Shown here: piece by piece, positions 1-12,300 of the stretch | How the letters are laid out: each line of letters starts with the position of its first letter | Position numbering within the stretch: position 1 is the stretch's first letter | Assembly (NCBI GenBank): GCA_964016885.1 | Contig: OZ024748.1 | Span: 40,548,001 to 40,612,000, forward strand | DNA from: Eledone cirrhosa | Lineage: Eukaryota | Direction: 5' to 3' | DNA: 64,000 nucleotides | Position numbers and translations under genes: made by a program | Notes under the pieces: generated by a model | Told to the model about the DNA's origin: nothing | The model's database searches: none | The model's input: only the letters and a program-made list of their open reading frames with translations

Positions 1-89
1 TTCACAGATTGACTTTGTTAGTTTCAGAAGATCCCGTTAAGAGTGAAAGCAGCGATTCTTTGCTTAAACTTTAATCTGTTATTTTAATA

Positions 90-90
90 A

Positions 91-123
<33 letters not shown>

Positions 124-471
124 CATACATATATATGCATACATAATTACATACATACATATATATACATATATAGATATACATACATATATACACATAC
201 ATACATATATACATATGTACATACATACATACATATATATACATATACATACATACATATATATATACATACATACATATATATACATACATATATACAT
301 ATACATACATATATATATATGTACATACATACATACACATACATACATATATATACATATGTACATACATACGCATATACACATACATACACACACACAT
401 GCATACATACACACACATACATACAGACATATATACATACACACATATATACATACATAATTACATACATA
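90..471. repeat. Compound (TA)n/(CATA)n/(CA)n microsatellite
   Basis: Directly visible low-complexity tract; the overlapping Y/I/M/V/C ORFs are artefacts. Confidence 0.97.
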
Positions 472-689
472 CAAGCCTGATCCCTAAAAAGGACCAAAAT
501 CTTTCCTCTATAAACTCTATCGTCACCAAATATTTAAGGTATTTACCCCACAACCTAACATTCACAAAGTATTGATCTACTAAAACTGTTCCTTCTTACA
601 GGAGTCAAGAAAATATATACCCTCGGGTCCCAAATAATGCGCCCCATCCCTACCCCACTTATTAATCTTTCAGATTTTTTTCCATTACT

Positions 690-1915
690 CATTTACATTA
701 CTCTATATACACTATTGTATTTTCACAGTAAAGGCTTTACCTCACATAATACCTCACATAACATTTACATTACTCTATATACACTATTGTATTTTCACAG
801 TAAAGGCTTTACCTCACATAATATCTCACATAACATTTACATTACTCTATATATACTATTGTATTTTCACAGTAAAGACTTTACCTCACATAATATCTCA
901 CATAACATTTACATTACTCTATATATACTATTGTATTTTCACAGTAAAGACTTTACCTCACATAATATCTCACATAACATTTACATTACTCTATATATAC
1001 TATTGTATTTACACAGTAAAGACTTTACCTCACATAATATCTCACATAACATTTACATTACTCTATATATACTATTGTATTTTCACAGTAAAGATTTACC
1101 TCACATAATATCTCACATAACATTTACATTACTCTATATATACTATTGTATTTTCACAGTAAAGACTTTACCTCACATAATATCTCACATAACATTTACA
1201 TTACTCTATATATACTATTGTATTTTCACAGTAAAGGCTTTACCTCACATAATATCTCACATAACATTTACATTACTCTATATATACTATTGTATTTTCA
1301 CAGTAAAGACTTTACCTCACATAATATCTCACATAACATTTACATTACTCTATATATACTATTGTATTTTCACAGTAAAGGCTTTACCTCACATAATATC
1401 TCACATAACATTTACATTACTCTATATATACTATTGTATTTTCACAGTAAAGACTTTACCTCACATAATATATCACATAACATTTACATTACTCTATATA
1501 TACTATTGTATTTTCACAGTAAAGGCTTTACCTCACATAATATCTCACATAACATTTACATTACTCTATATATACTATTGTATTTTCACAGTAAAGACTT
1601 TACCTCACATAATATCTCACATAACATTTACATTACTCTATATATACTATTGTATTTTCACAGTAAAGACTTTACCTCACATAATATCTCACATAACATT
1701 TACATTACTCTATATATACTATTGTATTTTCACAGTAAAGGCTTTACCTCACATAATATCTCACATAACATTTACATTACTCTATATACACTATTGTATT
1801 TTCACAGTAAAGGCTTTACCTCACATAATATCTCATATAACATTTACATTACTCTATATACACTATTGTATTTTCATAGTAAAGGCTTTACCTCACATAA
1901 TATCTCACATAACAT
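690..1915 (+). repeat. 60-bp tandem array (about 20 copies), left half; derived from a MITE end
   Basis: Unit CATTTACATTACTCTATATATACTATTGTATTTTCACAGTAAAG(G/A)CTTTACCTCACATAATATCTCACATAA recurs with 60-bp period and matches the reverse complement of MITE 22714-22921. Confidence 0.97.
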
Positions 1916-1927
1916 CTCGTATACGAG

Positions 1928-1934
1928 AGACGTG
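1928..1934 (+). promoter_or_regulatory. AGACGTG DPE-like motif, candidate LINE internal promoter element
   Basis: Motif lies 12 nt inside the element's 5' end and resembles downstream promoter motifs of LINE 5' UTRs. Short, so it could be chance. Confidence 0.35.
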
Positions 1935-2117
1935 TGTGAACAAGCTCGGCTACCGAGTCGGATTTACTTACTCAAAAAGTGAGTTTTGATTAATTTTTTT
2001 TATACTGTAATATACGTTAACCCCTTGCCTTGGTCGTCAAACTTTGAGTTTATTTATTTTCGCCCCTTTTTGGGGCGAATTTTCCAGTTAAAAATTTATT
2101 ACGGCAAACTAATAGAA

Positions 2118-3727
2118 ATGGACGGAATTTTCACATCTCATCCTAACGTGAAAGCCACGCCCCCTACGAAAGGTGATACAGAGAAGCTAGAAGCACAAGG
2201 CTCTAAGTCTTCCCTCCTGACTTCTGCAAAAGAAACATGGAACACGGAATTAAAAGAAAAATTTGTAAAAATGGGTGAAAACCCAGAAAGTCACATAAAC
2301 GCAGACAAAAACAACAACGACAATAACAGCAATAGTCACAACACCAACCAAGGAAAAAATAACGATAACACCAAACAAAGCGAACCCACTACTGGTGCCT
2401 CCTTTGCACAGGCGGTCCGGAAAACACAAACCTGCAAGCAACTGGACATTACAACTCTGAGAGAAAAGATGAAGGAAGCGAAACAGTATGTAACTTTCAA
2501 AGAAGGAGGAGACTTCACAATCACCTCCCCACAAGAAATCAAAAGAGACACGACGCTAAGAACGATATCTTTCAGAACAATTTCCAACATAACAAGGAAA
2601 CCAACTCAATTATCCCAAAAAGAGATTGAGCTGGTCCTAAAAAATGTGTGGAGTGATATATCGTTCATACAAAAAGGGCCACTCTATGGGAATATAACGG
2701 TCCTAATGAAGGATCAATTGACGGCCAGGAAATACTCTGTGGCGCCAATTGTTTCCAAGCTACATACATTTTTTCCCACATATTTAGGGAAAAGAACGCA
2801 GAAAATAAGGGTCTCTGGAATCCGTCCAAATGCATGCATTTCCTGGGTACTAACAGGATTTTTAGAAGACGAGGACGGAATCCTCTCAGTAGGAGAAGTC
2901 ACCACAGACGTTTTCGGCGGTTTGAGCGTGGAGGTTCTGGTCCAAATGAGACCAGAACGAATAGCTAGAATACCACAGAGGGTGTCCCTCGATGGAGAAA
3001 CATTTATATATATTTCAGCCGAGGGTAGGAGGCCCATATGTTACTACTGTTCAAGCAGGGGTCATCTAAGGGCTGCTTGTCCTCAATTGACAAAAAAAAG
3101 GCTCTTTTGCCTACACACCACACACCACCACCGCCACCACCACTACCCGACAGCACGGACGAGGACCCAGCGGAAACGGCACCTAGTGACGAAGAGGGGG
3201 AACCCTTCCAACCTGTAAAAAGGAAAAAAAGAAAGCACCACTCGAACATAAACGAAACAAACACACAACCACCAACAAAAACAAAACAAACAGAACAAAC
3301 AAAATCCGCCCCACCCTAAAACATAACACATACAACAAAACGTAAGCACACACAAGAACAACAAACAAACACAACACAAATAAAACAGTATACATACATT
3401 AACACAAATAACAAAGAACTAGTAAAAACAATACACAAAGACCCTTTGGTGGAAACTGAAGGGCAATTCTTTGCAAGCGCGGCCAACAAACCGCATTTAA
3501 AAATGATAAGACTCCCAATGGACACCTATGTAAAACTAAGAGAGAACTTTCCTGAGGACGTGGGGAAAACATGTACTCGACCCTATAACCGCGTCCTCTT
3601 GAAACGTTTCCCCACCCACACCTCACCAAACACCCCCACTCCACCACAGAACAACACCCCACCAAACAACCCCTCCAATACGCCCATGGATATTGTGCAA
3701 CCTGCTCCTCAGGAGCCGAACAGGTAG
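2118..3727 (+). pseudogene. LINE ORF1 (nucleic-acid chaperone, CCHC zinc knuckle), disrupted
   Basis: ATG at 2118; SFAQAV motif; CYYCSSRGHLRAAC knuckle; -1 shift at the A8 run near 3092-3099 into a Pro/acidic/KRKKRK tail; in-frame TAA at 3317-3319, then the frame runs to TAG 3727, just before ORF2. Confidence 0.85.
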
Positions 3728-3748
3728 GTCCTTCCTCTTTTAACCAAC

Positions 3749-6700
3749 ATGGCTGATATAAGAGTTGGGTGTCTGAATGTACGTGGCCTGGGACTGTCTT
3801 GGAAACAAGGCAAACTTTTAAACGATCTCAGGTCGCATAGAATGGATGTAATGGCTATTTGCGAGTCCAGGATCAGCAGCGAGCACCAACTGGCGCCCCT
3901 CTTCGACAACTTTGAGATCTTCGCATCTCTCTGTCAACCGGGGGGTGGGGGTGGAGTTGTCGTTCTGCTGCGAAAACACCTGGGCCTCGCCATACAGAAG
4001 GTGCACCTGGACCCGGAGGGTCGACTGGTGGTTTTAGACGTCGGCAGTAGTGAAAGTGGAGCCCTTAGACTAATAGCTGTGTACGCCCCTTTTTGGGCAG
4101 CGCGGCCGGAATACTTCCAACGTCTGGAAACTTTTCTGGGAACGTCCCGCTCCTTGCTTTTAGTGGGGGACTGGAATGGTATCCTGGATGCACGTTGGGA
4201 CTATGTAGGGGCATGTGCCAATAGAGGGGGGTGTAAAAGCCTCAAAAGGTTAATCGGCCGATTTGACCTGGCCGATAGATATCGACTAGATTTTCCGACT
4301 GTACCACTATGGACGTGGACCAATCGCAGTGGAACATCTAGGTCGTACCTAGATAGGGTCCTAGTTAGAGAGAACGATAGGGACACATTTAGCTGTCCAA
4401 AAATGTTCATGGTTGACTATTCGGATCACAAGTTAGTGACCTGCATAGCCAACCTTGATAGAACCCATAGACAGGGACCCGGTTACTGGAAGCTGAACTT
4501 GTCCTTACCGAGAAGCAAAGCTTACAGTAAACGGATTAGCACGTTAGTTAAGCAGAGTTTGACAGGGGCAATTGTCAACAACAGGTGGTGGAGCTCTCTT
4601 AAGAGAGCAATTAGAATAGAATCGATAGGTTTTAGTCAGGAATTAGCAAGGGATAGGAACAAGACGGAAAGGGAATTAGTAGATAGAGTAGAAGAGGCGA
4701 TTAGGAGTGGCAATGTAGCCGGCGTGCTGGCATCAAGAATGGCCTTAGACCAGTTCTTTGAGGTGAAGCATGAAGGCTGCGTTGTCAGGAGTAAAATACG
4801 TGCTCTGGGTAATGAGGGAGCCAAAGCTGTGAGCTGGGCCCGAGTGACAGAGGCAAAAAGTGGGAACAAGTCCACGATTCGGTCTTTGAAGGACCAGGAT
4901 GGGCGTGTGATCCTTGAACCTGGGCAGATGTGTGCGGCCTTTCAGCGGCACTTTGCACGACTGTTCGAGAGGGGCGGCGCGCCGGGTGAGACTATGGATT
5001 TCAATCCATACCTCGACGGTCTGCCGCGCCTCTCGGACGCGGAGGCAAGTCCTGCGAAAGGACGATTTCAGCTGCTGAGATAGGGGCGGCGCTGAGCCAA
5101 TGCGGCAAACGCAAATCCCCGGGTCTCGATGGTCTACCATACGAGCTATATGTAGCGATGCCGGACTTGTTCTCCGATATCCTCGAAGCGGTCTACTGCA
5201 ACTGGCAGCAGAACGGGAGAATTCCCAGTTCTGTGACCAAGGGCGTAGTTACGCTGGTGAGGAAGGATGAGAACAAGGGGGATGACATAAGTAACTTCAG
5301 GCCCATAACTCTGCTAAATACAGAGTTAAAGATTTTGGCCAAGGTGTTAGCGAAGAGGTTGGCGCTTGTCGTTGGAAACCTGGTGGGAGAAGCGCAGACA
5401 TGCGCAATCCCGTCCAGGTCCATTCACGACAATCTCCACCTTATGCGATACATCATAGAGAGGGTAGGGAATGAACCCGGCTTTGGTGGGGCCCTGATCA
5501 ACTTGGATCAATCTAAAGCTTTCGATAGGGTTGACCATCGTTATCTGGATGCGGTGCTCGCGGCGGCAGGCTTCGGACCCGTTTTCAGGGGTTGGATTGC
5601 TGCGATGCACAGCAGCAACGTCTGCTCAAGGGTCAAGGTGAACGGCCACCTCTCGGAGCCGTTCCAAATCATGCGATCCATCCGACAGGGATGCCCTCTC
5701 TCCTCCCTACTGTATGTGCTGGCTCTTGAGCCACTACTGCGGAAGTTGGAGCGGTTGCAGGGCATCCCTTTGGAACCGGGATTGCAGAAAGCGGCGTCGG
5801 CCTACGCCGATGACGTGACAGTAATGGTGTCGAAAACCTCGCAAATCGGTGAGATCGGCACCTTACTGGAGGAATATGAAAGGTTTACAGGAGCCAAGCT
5901 GAACCGGGACAAGTCCGTCGGTTTGCAACTCGGAACATGGAGAGGCAAACCGATGCCCTCCAACGACGTCGTCGGACGCTGGACGGAGGGCCCGGTGAAG
6001 CTGCTTGGGGTCTGGTTCGGACCAGACCTCCAGGTGGAGAAAAACTGGAACGAGGTAACGGCCAGGGTGTTTGCACTCACCCAGAAGTGGGCCCAGTGCA
6101 AACTATCCCTGAAAGGTCGAGCGGAGGTGGCGAATACTTATATAGCATCCGTCATCTACTACCGCTTGACCGTCGTGCCTTGCCCAGTGAAAAGACTCGC
6201 CAAAATGGAGTGCGCGCTGTTCCAATTTCTTTGGAACAAGCGGACCCCTTTGGTGAGGAGATCCATCTGCTGTTAACACCCTTCGAAAGGAGGGCTGGGG
6301 ATGCCGTGGCTACAGATGCGTAAACACGCATTAAGGCTACGGCACCTCCAGGTATTCCTCACCGGTCAACCGGTGTGGGCCCCGTTTGTGAGGCGAGCCT
6401 TTCCCAGACTCGTCTCGCTCACCGAGCTGCAATCCTGGGTCAAGCAAAGACCGAGAAAAGTGGGCGACTGGCACATTGAATGTGCCCAGGCGCTCACGGC
6501 CCTCTGGAAAGCGGACCCGGCAATCAGTGGAGACTCCACGTCGACATTCTATAGAGGGTTGGTACGCAGCAGGTGCGACGATGCTCTCGGAGAAGCTCTA
6601 GGCATGGAGGAAGATGAACTGGCCAGTCTGTTCGGTAGGACGTTTGGCCCTGGACCGATGGACAACTTCCAAAAGTCCATGGCTTGGCAGTGCTACCGAG

Positions 6701-7185
6701 GGGCTCTACCCGTTCGAGACAAGCTCCACAGGCATGGGAGCCTGGGTAGAGATCCTTTGAATAAGATCTGTCCGAGATGCGTGCATGTTGACGAAACCGT
6801 TGCGCACGCATTCGTACACTGCCCAGGCATTGCTGACCTGTGGGGCTATGTGGAACGACTACTGTCGAGGGTGGGACCAATCCGGTTGACCACCGAGTCC
6901 ATTGTCACGATCAAACCGCCTCCCCCTTTCAAAAACGAAGGAGAGGCGGTTTTTCTCTGTGTGGTAGCCATGGCTAAAGAAGTTGTATGGTGGACGAGGC
7001 TGAAAGGGCTGAGGTCAGACACCTTTCTCTCCGGCCAACAACTGGTCCCCTTTTTCAAATACCATTTTAAAAGAAGGATCAGAATGGAGAGAGAGGTGCT
7101 CTACCCCAGCAAGTTTTATGAAAGGTGGGTGAAAGTAGGGAGAATGGCCAGAGTGAATGGGTCTTCTCTCTATATCAGCCTGTAG
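3749..7185 (+). pseudogene. LINE ORF2: AP-endonuclease, reverse transcriptase and C-terminal zinc-binding domain, disrupted
   Basis: APE motifs LNVRGL, VYAP, GDWN, LDRV, SDH. A 1-nt loss near 5048 restores KSPGLDG. RT motifs FRPITLLN, DQSKAFDRV, RQGCPLS, YADDV. Nonsense TAA at 6274-6276. C-terminal CPRC..ETVAHAFVHC. Confidence 0.95.
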
Positions 7186-7421
7186 GTGAAAGAAGAGGAA
7201 AAAGAGGAGACGAGGGAAGCACCTACTCTTTGTGCTCCTGAGGAGAAGGGTTACACATTTTTTCCGGGGTGTGTGCGACCCATGTTAATGCCCCCTCCCT
7301 ATTGAGGACTTCGTTTGTTGTTGTTATTTCATTGTTATATTTTTGTACTCGTTAATTATATGTAAACTTCCCCCTTGTATCTGTCCCTACCTTTTGTGCC
7401 CTAGTGGCAAATAAAGAAACC

Positions 7422-8750
7422 ACTCTATATATACTATTGTATTTTCACAGTAAAGGCTTCACCTCACATAATATCTCACATAACATTTACATTACTCTAT
7501 ATATACTATTGTATTTTCACAGTAAAGACTTTACCTCACATAATACCTCACATAACATTTACATTACTCTATATATACTATTGTATTTTCACAGTAAAGA
7601 CTTTACCTCACATAATATCTCACATAACATTTACATTACTCTATATATACTATTGTATTTTTACAGTAAAGGCTTTACCTCACATAATATCTCACATAAC
7701 ATTTACATTACTCTATATATACTATTGTATTTTCACAGTAAAGGCTTTACCTCACATAATATCTCACATAACATTTACATTACTCTATATATACTATTGT
7801 ATTTTTACAGTAAAGGCTTTACCTCACATAATATCTCACATAACATTTACATTACTCTATATATACTATTGTATTTTCACAGTAAAGGCTTTACCTCACA
7901 TAATATCTCACATAACATTTACATTACTCTATATATACTATTGTATTTTCACAGTAAAGACTTTACCTCACATAATATCTCACATAACATTTACATTACT
8001 CTATATATATACTATTGTATTTTCACAGTAAAGGTTTTACCTCACATAATATCTCACATAACATTTACATTACTCTATATATACTATTGTATTTTCACAG
8101 TAAAGACTTTACCTCACATAATATCTCACATAACATTTACATTACTCTATATATACTATTGTATTTTCACAGTAAAGACTTTACCTCACATAATACCTCA
8201 CATAACATTTACATTACTCTATATATACTATTGTATTTTCACAGTAAAGACTTTACCTCACATAATACCTCAAATAACATTTACATTACTCTATATATAC
8301 TATTGTATTTTCACAGTAAAGGTTTTACCTCACATAATATCTCACATAACATTTACATTACTCTATATATACTATTGTATTTTCACAGTAAAGACTTTAC
8401 CTCACATAATATCTCACGTAACATTTACATTACTCAATATTTACTATTGTATTTTCACAGAAAAGGCTTTACCTCACATAATATCTCACATAACATTTAC
8501 ATTACTCTATATATACTATTGTATTTTCAAAGTAAAGGCTTTACCTCGCATAATATCTCACATAACATTTACATTACTCTATATATACTATTGTATTTTC
8601 ACAATAAAGGCTTTACCTCACATAATATCTCACCTAACATTTACATTACTCTATATATACTATTATATTTTCACAGTAAAGGTTTTACATTACTCTATAT
8701 ATACTATTGTATTTTCACAGTAAAGGCTTTACCTCACATATCTCACATAA
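7422..8750 (+). repeat. 60-bp tandem array (about 22 copies), right half
   Basis: Same unit as 690-1915; becomes more divergent toward 8750. Confidence 0.97.
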
Positions 8751-8890
8751 TATGGAAGCAATGAGACTTTGATGTTATTTATTTTGAGAACAATACCTTA
8801 ACATCAGTATGAGCAGCGGGTTATAGCTGGTTTGAACAGAAAGTGGTGAGAGAATTCTGGTCAGATATGGCCAGTTTCAATGCTAAAGGG
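8690..8890 (+). mobile_element. Body and right TIR of the piggyBac-type MITE that seeded the 60-bp array
   Basis: Colinear with the reverse complement of 22714-22921 (ATTTATTTTGAGAACAATACCTTAA...GCTGGTTTGAACAGAAAG...GAGAGAATTCTGG); ends AATGCTAAAGGG|TTAG. Confidence 0.9.
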
Positions 8891-9189
8891 TTAGGTTGTA
8901 GCATTCCTGCGATAATTAATTTCCTTTAGACACTAAAACCCATTATACATGACAAACAAGTACATTACTAGAAATTCCATTTGTTATAAAATAAATAGGT
9001 TGGGTTGGGGCCTCAATATGTAAACTAAACAACTAATTCTGGTTTTTAAAAACAATCAATGAAGACAACCTAGAAAAATTATTGATTTTCCACACATCCC
9101 CAATCCTATTTATTCCACCCCACCCACCCCAATTATTTGGGACCCAAGAATATAATTTTAAGTGTTTTTCTTTTTCTTTGTTTATGAAG

Positions 9190-9353
9190 TGGAGAAAATG
9201 GAAGAATCAAGAAAAATGGCAACTGCCCACATGAACTTAACGATGGAATTGGCTTTATTCTATGACCAATCAATATACAACTACTTGGAGGAAAAGACCA
9301 ATTCCATATCTTTGGAAGATAAACTACAATATCTTTTGACTTCTTGGAATACT
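9190..9353 (+). CDS. ADAMTS-like exon 1 (start of catalytic domain)
   Basis: EKMEESRKMATAHMNLTMELALFYDQSIYNYLEEKTNSISLEDKLQYLLTSWNT; AG acceptor and GTAAGT donor. Confidence 0.8.
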
Positions 9354-12300
9354 GTAAGTAAATACTCTAAATATGAACTTTCTGATTTTAAACATAATTT
9401 CCTTTTTCTATTTGAAAATATTTTTTGAAATATGTTAAGAAATAAAAGCTATAATTTCAATACTTCTTCTTGTCTGCTTCAGGTCCAGTATGAATTTAAT
9501 AAAGAAAACCAACTAGGATATTCGATAAAGCTAGTTATTAAGTATATTAATGTTTTCAAAGAAAATCCTGTAAGCTTTATTTGATTCAAAATTTCCACAA
9601 TAATATTATTTTTATCCAATACAGTTTTTAAAAAATAATGTACATCATGAAATATATGGTGTATAGTATATATCATGAAATATATATTGTATAATATATA
9701 TCATGAAATATATGTTGTATAATATATATTGTGAAATATATGTTGTATTATATCATGAAGTATATGTTGTATAGTATATATCATGAAATATATGTTGTAT
9801 AATATATATCATTAAATATATGTTGTATAATATATATCTTGAAATATATGTTGTATAATATACATCATGAAATATATGTTGCATAATATCATGAAATATA
9901 TGTTGTATAATATCATGAAATATATGTTGTATAATATATATCGTGAAATATATGTTGTATTATATCCTGAAATATTTGTTGTATAATATATATCGTGAAA
10001 TATATGTTGTATAATATATATCATGAAATATATGTTGTATTATATCATGAAGTATATGTTGTATAATATCATGAAATATTTGTTGTATTAAATCATGAAA
10101 TATATGTTGTATTATATCATGAAATATCATCATCATCATCATCATTTTACATCCGCTTTTCCCTGTTGTATAATATCGTGAAATATATGTTGTATAATAT
10201 CGTGAAATATATGTTGTATAATATATATCATGAAATATATGTTGTATAATATCATGAAATATATGTTGTATTATATCATGAAATATATGTTGCATAATAT
10301 CGTGAAATATATGTTGTATAATATTGTGAAATATATGTTGTATAATATATATCATGAAATATATGTTGTATAATATCATGAAATATATGTTTATTATATC
10401 ATGAAATATATGTTGTAAACTGAATGTTTGAGTTAATTAGCTAATTGTTAATTTATTGACAAACATTTGTATGAACCATCGATTATTTCCAGTCCTGGTA
10501 CAAGACAAACAGTTTTGCAATGACTCTACGAAGTGTTTGTGAATGGGCAGCGAAAAGAAAACTTAACTTTGATCACATACATATCATAACTAAGTGAGTT
10601 TTATTATTGATCTCTGTTACATTGATCTCTGTTTCAATAAGTGTTTCAGTGAGAATGTTCTACTACTTCCCTTGATTAAATAGTTTAGAAACATCTGTCT
10701 TTCTCTGATGTCAGTAAAACTACAGTCAGTCAAGAATCTCTCTCACACACAACCTCCTTTCTCATAGGCTCACTATGAAGGAGTGATGCTAGAGCTGTGA
10801 ATCTTGCATGCATTAATTTCAACTCTTCTTATTAATTACTGCCTTGTTTCTTTCCAGGGTCTATATTGAAAAATAAACCTCATTTAGTCATTTCATGAGA
10901 GTATCTTGGTCAGTCTATCAATTTTTCAGCTGACCCTCATGTAATAACCATATTGCTTCTTTCCAGGGTCTATGTTGAAAAATAAACCTCATTTGGTCAT
11001 TCCATGAGAGTATCTTGGTCAACCTATCAACCTTCTGTGGTTAGAAAAAGCTATCTCACTTACCGCTTTTCATAGGCGCCGCTAAATCCAATTGCCGGTT
11101 TCTCCTCTTCCACGTGCGTCCAACTCATTAACACCGGGAGCTGCCAAACTCACGTCCACCACGTTCCTGATCACCACTAGAGAGAGGCCGACCTGCTGGC
11201 CCTTCCGGTCGAGCACCCTTCCGGCCAAGCACCCTTCCGGTCAAGCACTCTTCCGGTCGAGCACTCCCCAGCTTCCGGCCACCGCACACCACACTATACC
11301 TACACCTTCCATATTTGTTAACCTCAACATGTGTACAACATTCATGGATAGAAGTTAATTTTGTAATTGGATATTTAATTAAATTATGCTATGTTTATCT
11401 TGATGTTGTTGCCAGTCTATGACACCATTGAAGGTACTTTTGAATTTTTCCCACTGACCAATCATTGCTTAGGTCCTAACCACCCCAGAAATCAATGGAA
11501 CTCACTGCATAATTCACATTCTGACTAATTTTTCACCTTTAGTTTTAGGTGTATCATGCAACATCAGGGGATGTGTTAAATGTTTTTAACAAGTTTCATT
11601 AGAACCTTTGATGATATCGCAGACTGTAAATAGAAAATTAACAAAAATATTCTTTTTTCTTTCTTTAAATCCCTAAAATAATTACTATTTCAGCAATAAA
11701 AATAGTAACTTACTTGGTCTTGGAGGTTCTGGAGGAATTTGTGGAGATGGTAAATGTGCAATTTCGAAATCAATCAAGTGGGGCCATTCCAATACTTTAA
11801 GTCATGAAATAGCACATGGGTGAGTAATTTATTTGTCTACCTAGGACTACATTTTCCAGTGTGCACATGGATAGTAAATTATTGCAGCTATGATCAGTTA
11901 TGTTAGTCGTCTACCTTGGACTACATTTTCCAGTGTGTACATAGATAGGTAAATTATTACAGCTATGACAGTTATGTTAGTTGTCTACCTTGGACTATAT
12001 TTTCCAGTATGCACAGGACTAGGTAAATTATTACAGTTATGACCAGTTATCTACCCGTAAAATCCCAAATAAAAATATGAATTATTAATCAGCAAAAAAG
12101 ACATTTGTAATCTTTGGATGTATCTAAATTGTTGTTGTTGTTATTTCAGTATTGATATCCCCCATGACGACCACTCCAACTGTAAGAATTATACAAGTAG
12201 AGATGGTTTAATGGGAAACAGGAACACTGGATGGAGTCTATGTTCTGCTAAATACTTCAATAGATGGTTAAAATGGTAATTCTTTTTAAACTTTTCCTTA

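Larger units (their letters stand above)
1916..7420 (+). mobile_element. Near full-length non-LTR retrotransposon, L1/Tx1 clade (ORF1 plus APE-RT ORF2), inactivated
   Basis: 5' UTR, gag-like ORF1 with CCHC knuckle, ORF2 with APE, RT and C-terminal Cys/His motif, 3' UTR ending AATAAAGAAAC. The 60-bp array resumes on both sides. Confidence 0.95.

Noticed and set aside
1-689. Upstream signal-peptide or prodomain exon of the protease
   Set aside because: AG acceptors near 7 and 27 have no convincing donor or prodomain-like translation; the 5' exons probably lie outside the window.
637-8764. 450-, 278-, 439- and 249-aa ORFs of HNIYITLYILLYF repeats
   Set aside because: Translations of the 60-bp MITE-derived array.
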